From the NCBI RefSeq assembly GCF_964204865.1, contig NC_135262.1:7502001-7566000 (forward strand): DNA of 64,000 bases, read 5' to 3'. This document shows positions 63,696-64,000 of the stretch, in pieces. The notes under the pieces are model-generated. The model ran no database searches. It saw only the letters and a program-made list of their open reading frames with translations, and was not told where the DNA came from. The position numbers and the translations under genes were made by a program. This DNA comes from Styela clava. Taxonomy: Eukaryota. Positions within the stretch are counted from its first letter, which is position 1. The number at the start of each line of letters is the position of its first letter.

Positions 63696-64000
63696 CAGGG
63701 GCGGACACCCGGGGGGGGCGAGGGGGGGCGGTCGCCCCCCCAATAATTTAGTAAAAAAATTTAATATATGTTGTTTCCGCCTTACAAAATTATCATTTCC
63801 GAAAAGTGCGATAGTCATAGTCAAACGCAATTAAACGGTTGATAGTTACCGATATTATAACTGTTTTCTTACAATAATGTGGACCAGAGCGCCTTGGAGC
63901 ACCTCACATTTTCGTAAAACATGCGCGCCCGCACGGGTAATACTCCGTCTTCAAACGCACCGCCGATCACGCGCCACGGTTTTGCACTAATTCATTTTTG
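63696..64000. mobile_element. Left end of a probable hAT-type element in a LENG8 intron
   Basis: Abrupt CAGGGGCGG start with a G-run/C-run hairpin and CpG-rich interior; the other end is not in the window. Confidence 0.5.

Overview
AT-rich eukaryotic (animal) genomic DNA with GT-AG introns. The gene content suggests an invertebrate deuterostome, probably a tunicate (inference only). All host genes are on the + strand: an intronless thymidylate kinase (DTYMK), a 24-exon kinesin-12 (KIF15), a tandem array of five intronless clan-3 (CYP3-like) cytochrome P450 ORFs plus one decayed copy, and the 5' part of LENG8. Mobile DNA is abundant. It includes a 5.7-kb Foldback-type element with a 9-bp TSD and inverted arms built from a 72-bp tandem repeat, many hAT/Harbinger/Tc1 MITEs, tRNA-derived SINEs, and an apparently full-length L1/Tx1-type LINE with TSD, poly(A) and intact ORF2. 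Most interesting: (1) the LINE's ORF1 lies between a splice donor overlapping its own start codon and a strong acceptor 10 nt before the ORF2 ATG, suggesting a spliced ORF2 mRNA; (2) that ORF1, rebuilt in frame by removing two SINEs, combines RRM-like/CCHC modules with an intact SGNH esterase; (3) the CYP ORFs look like promoter-less acceptor-plus-ORF cassettes behind one shared promoter/first exon; (4) a hAT MITE inserted into the DTYMK start codon and brought its own splice acceptor and in-frame ATG.
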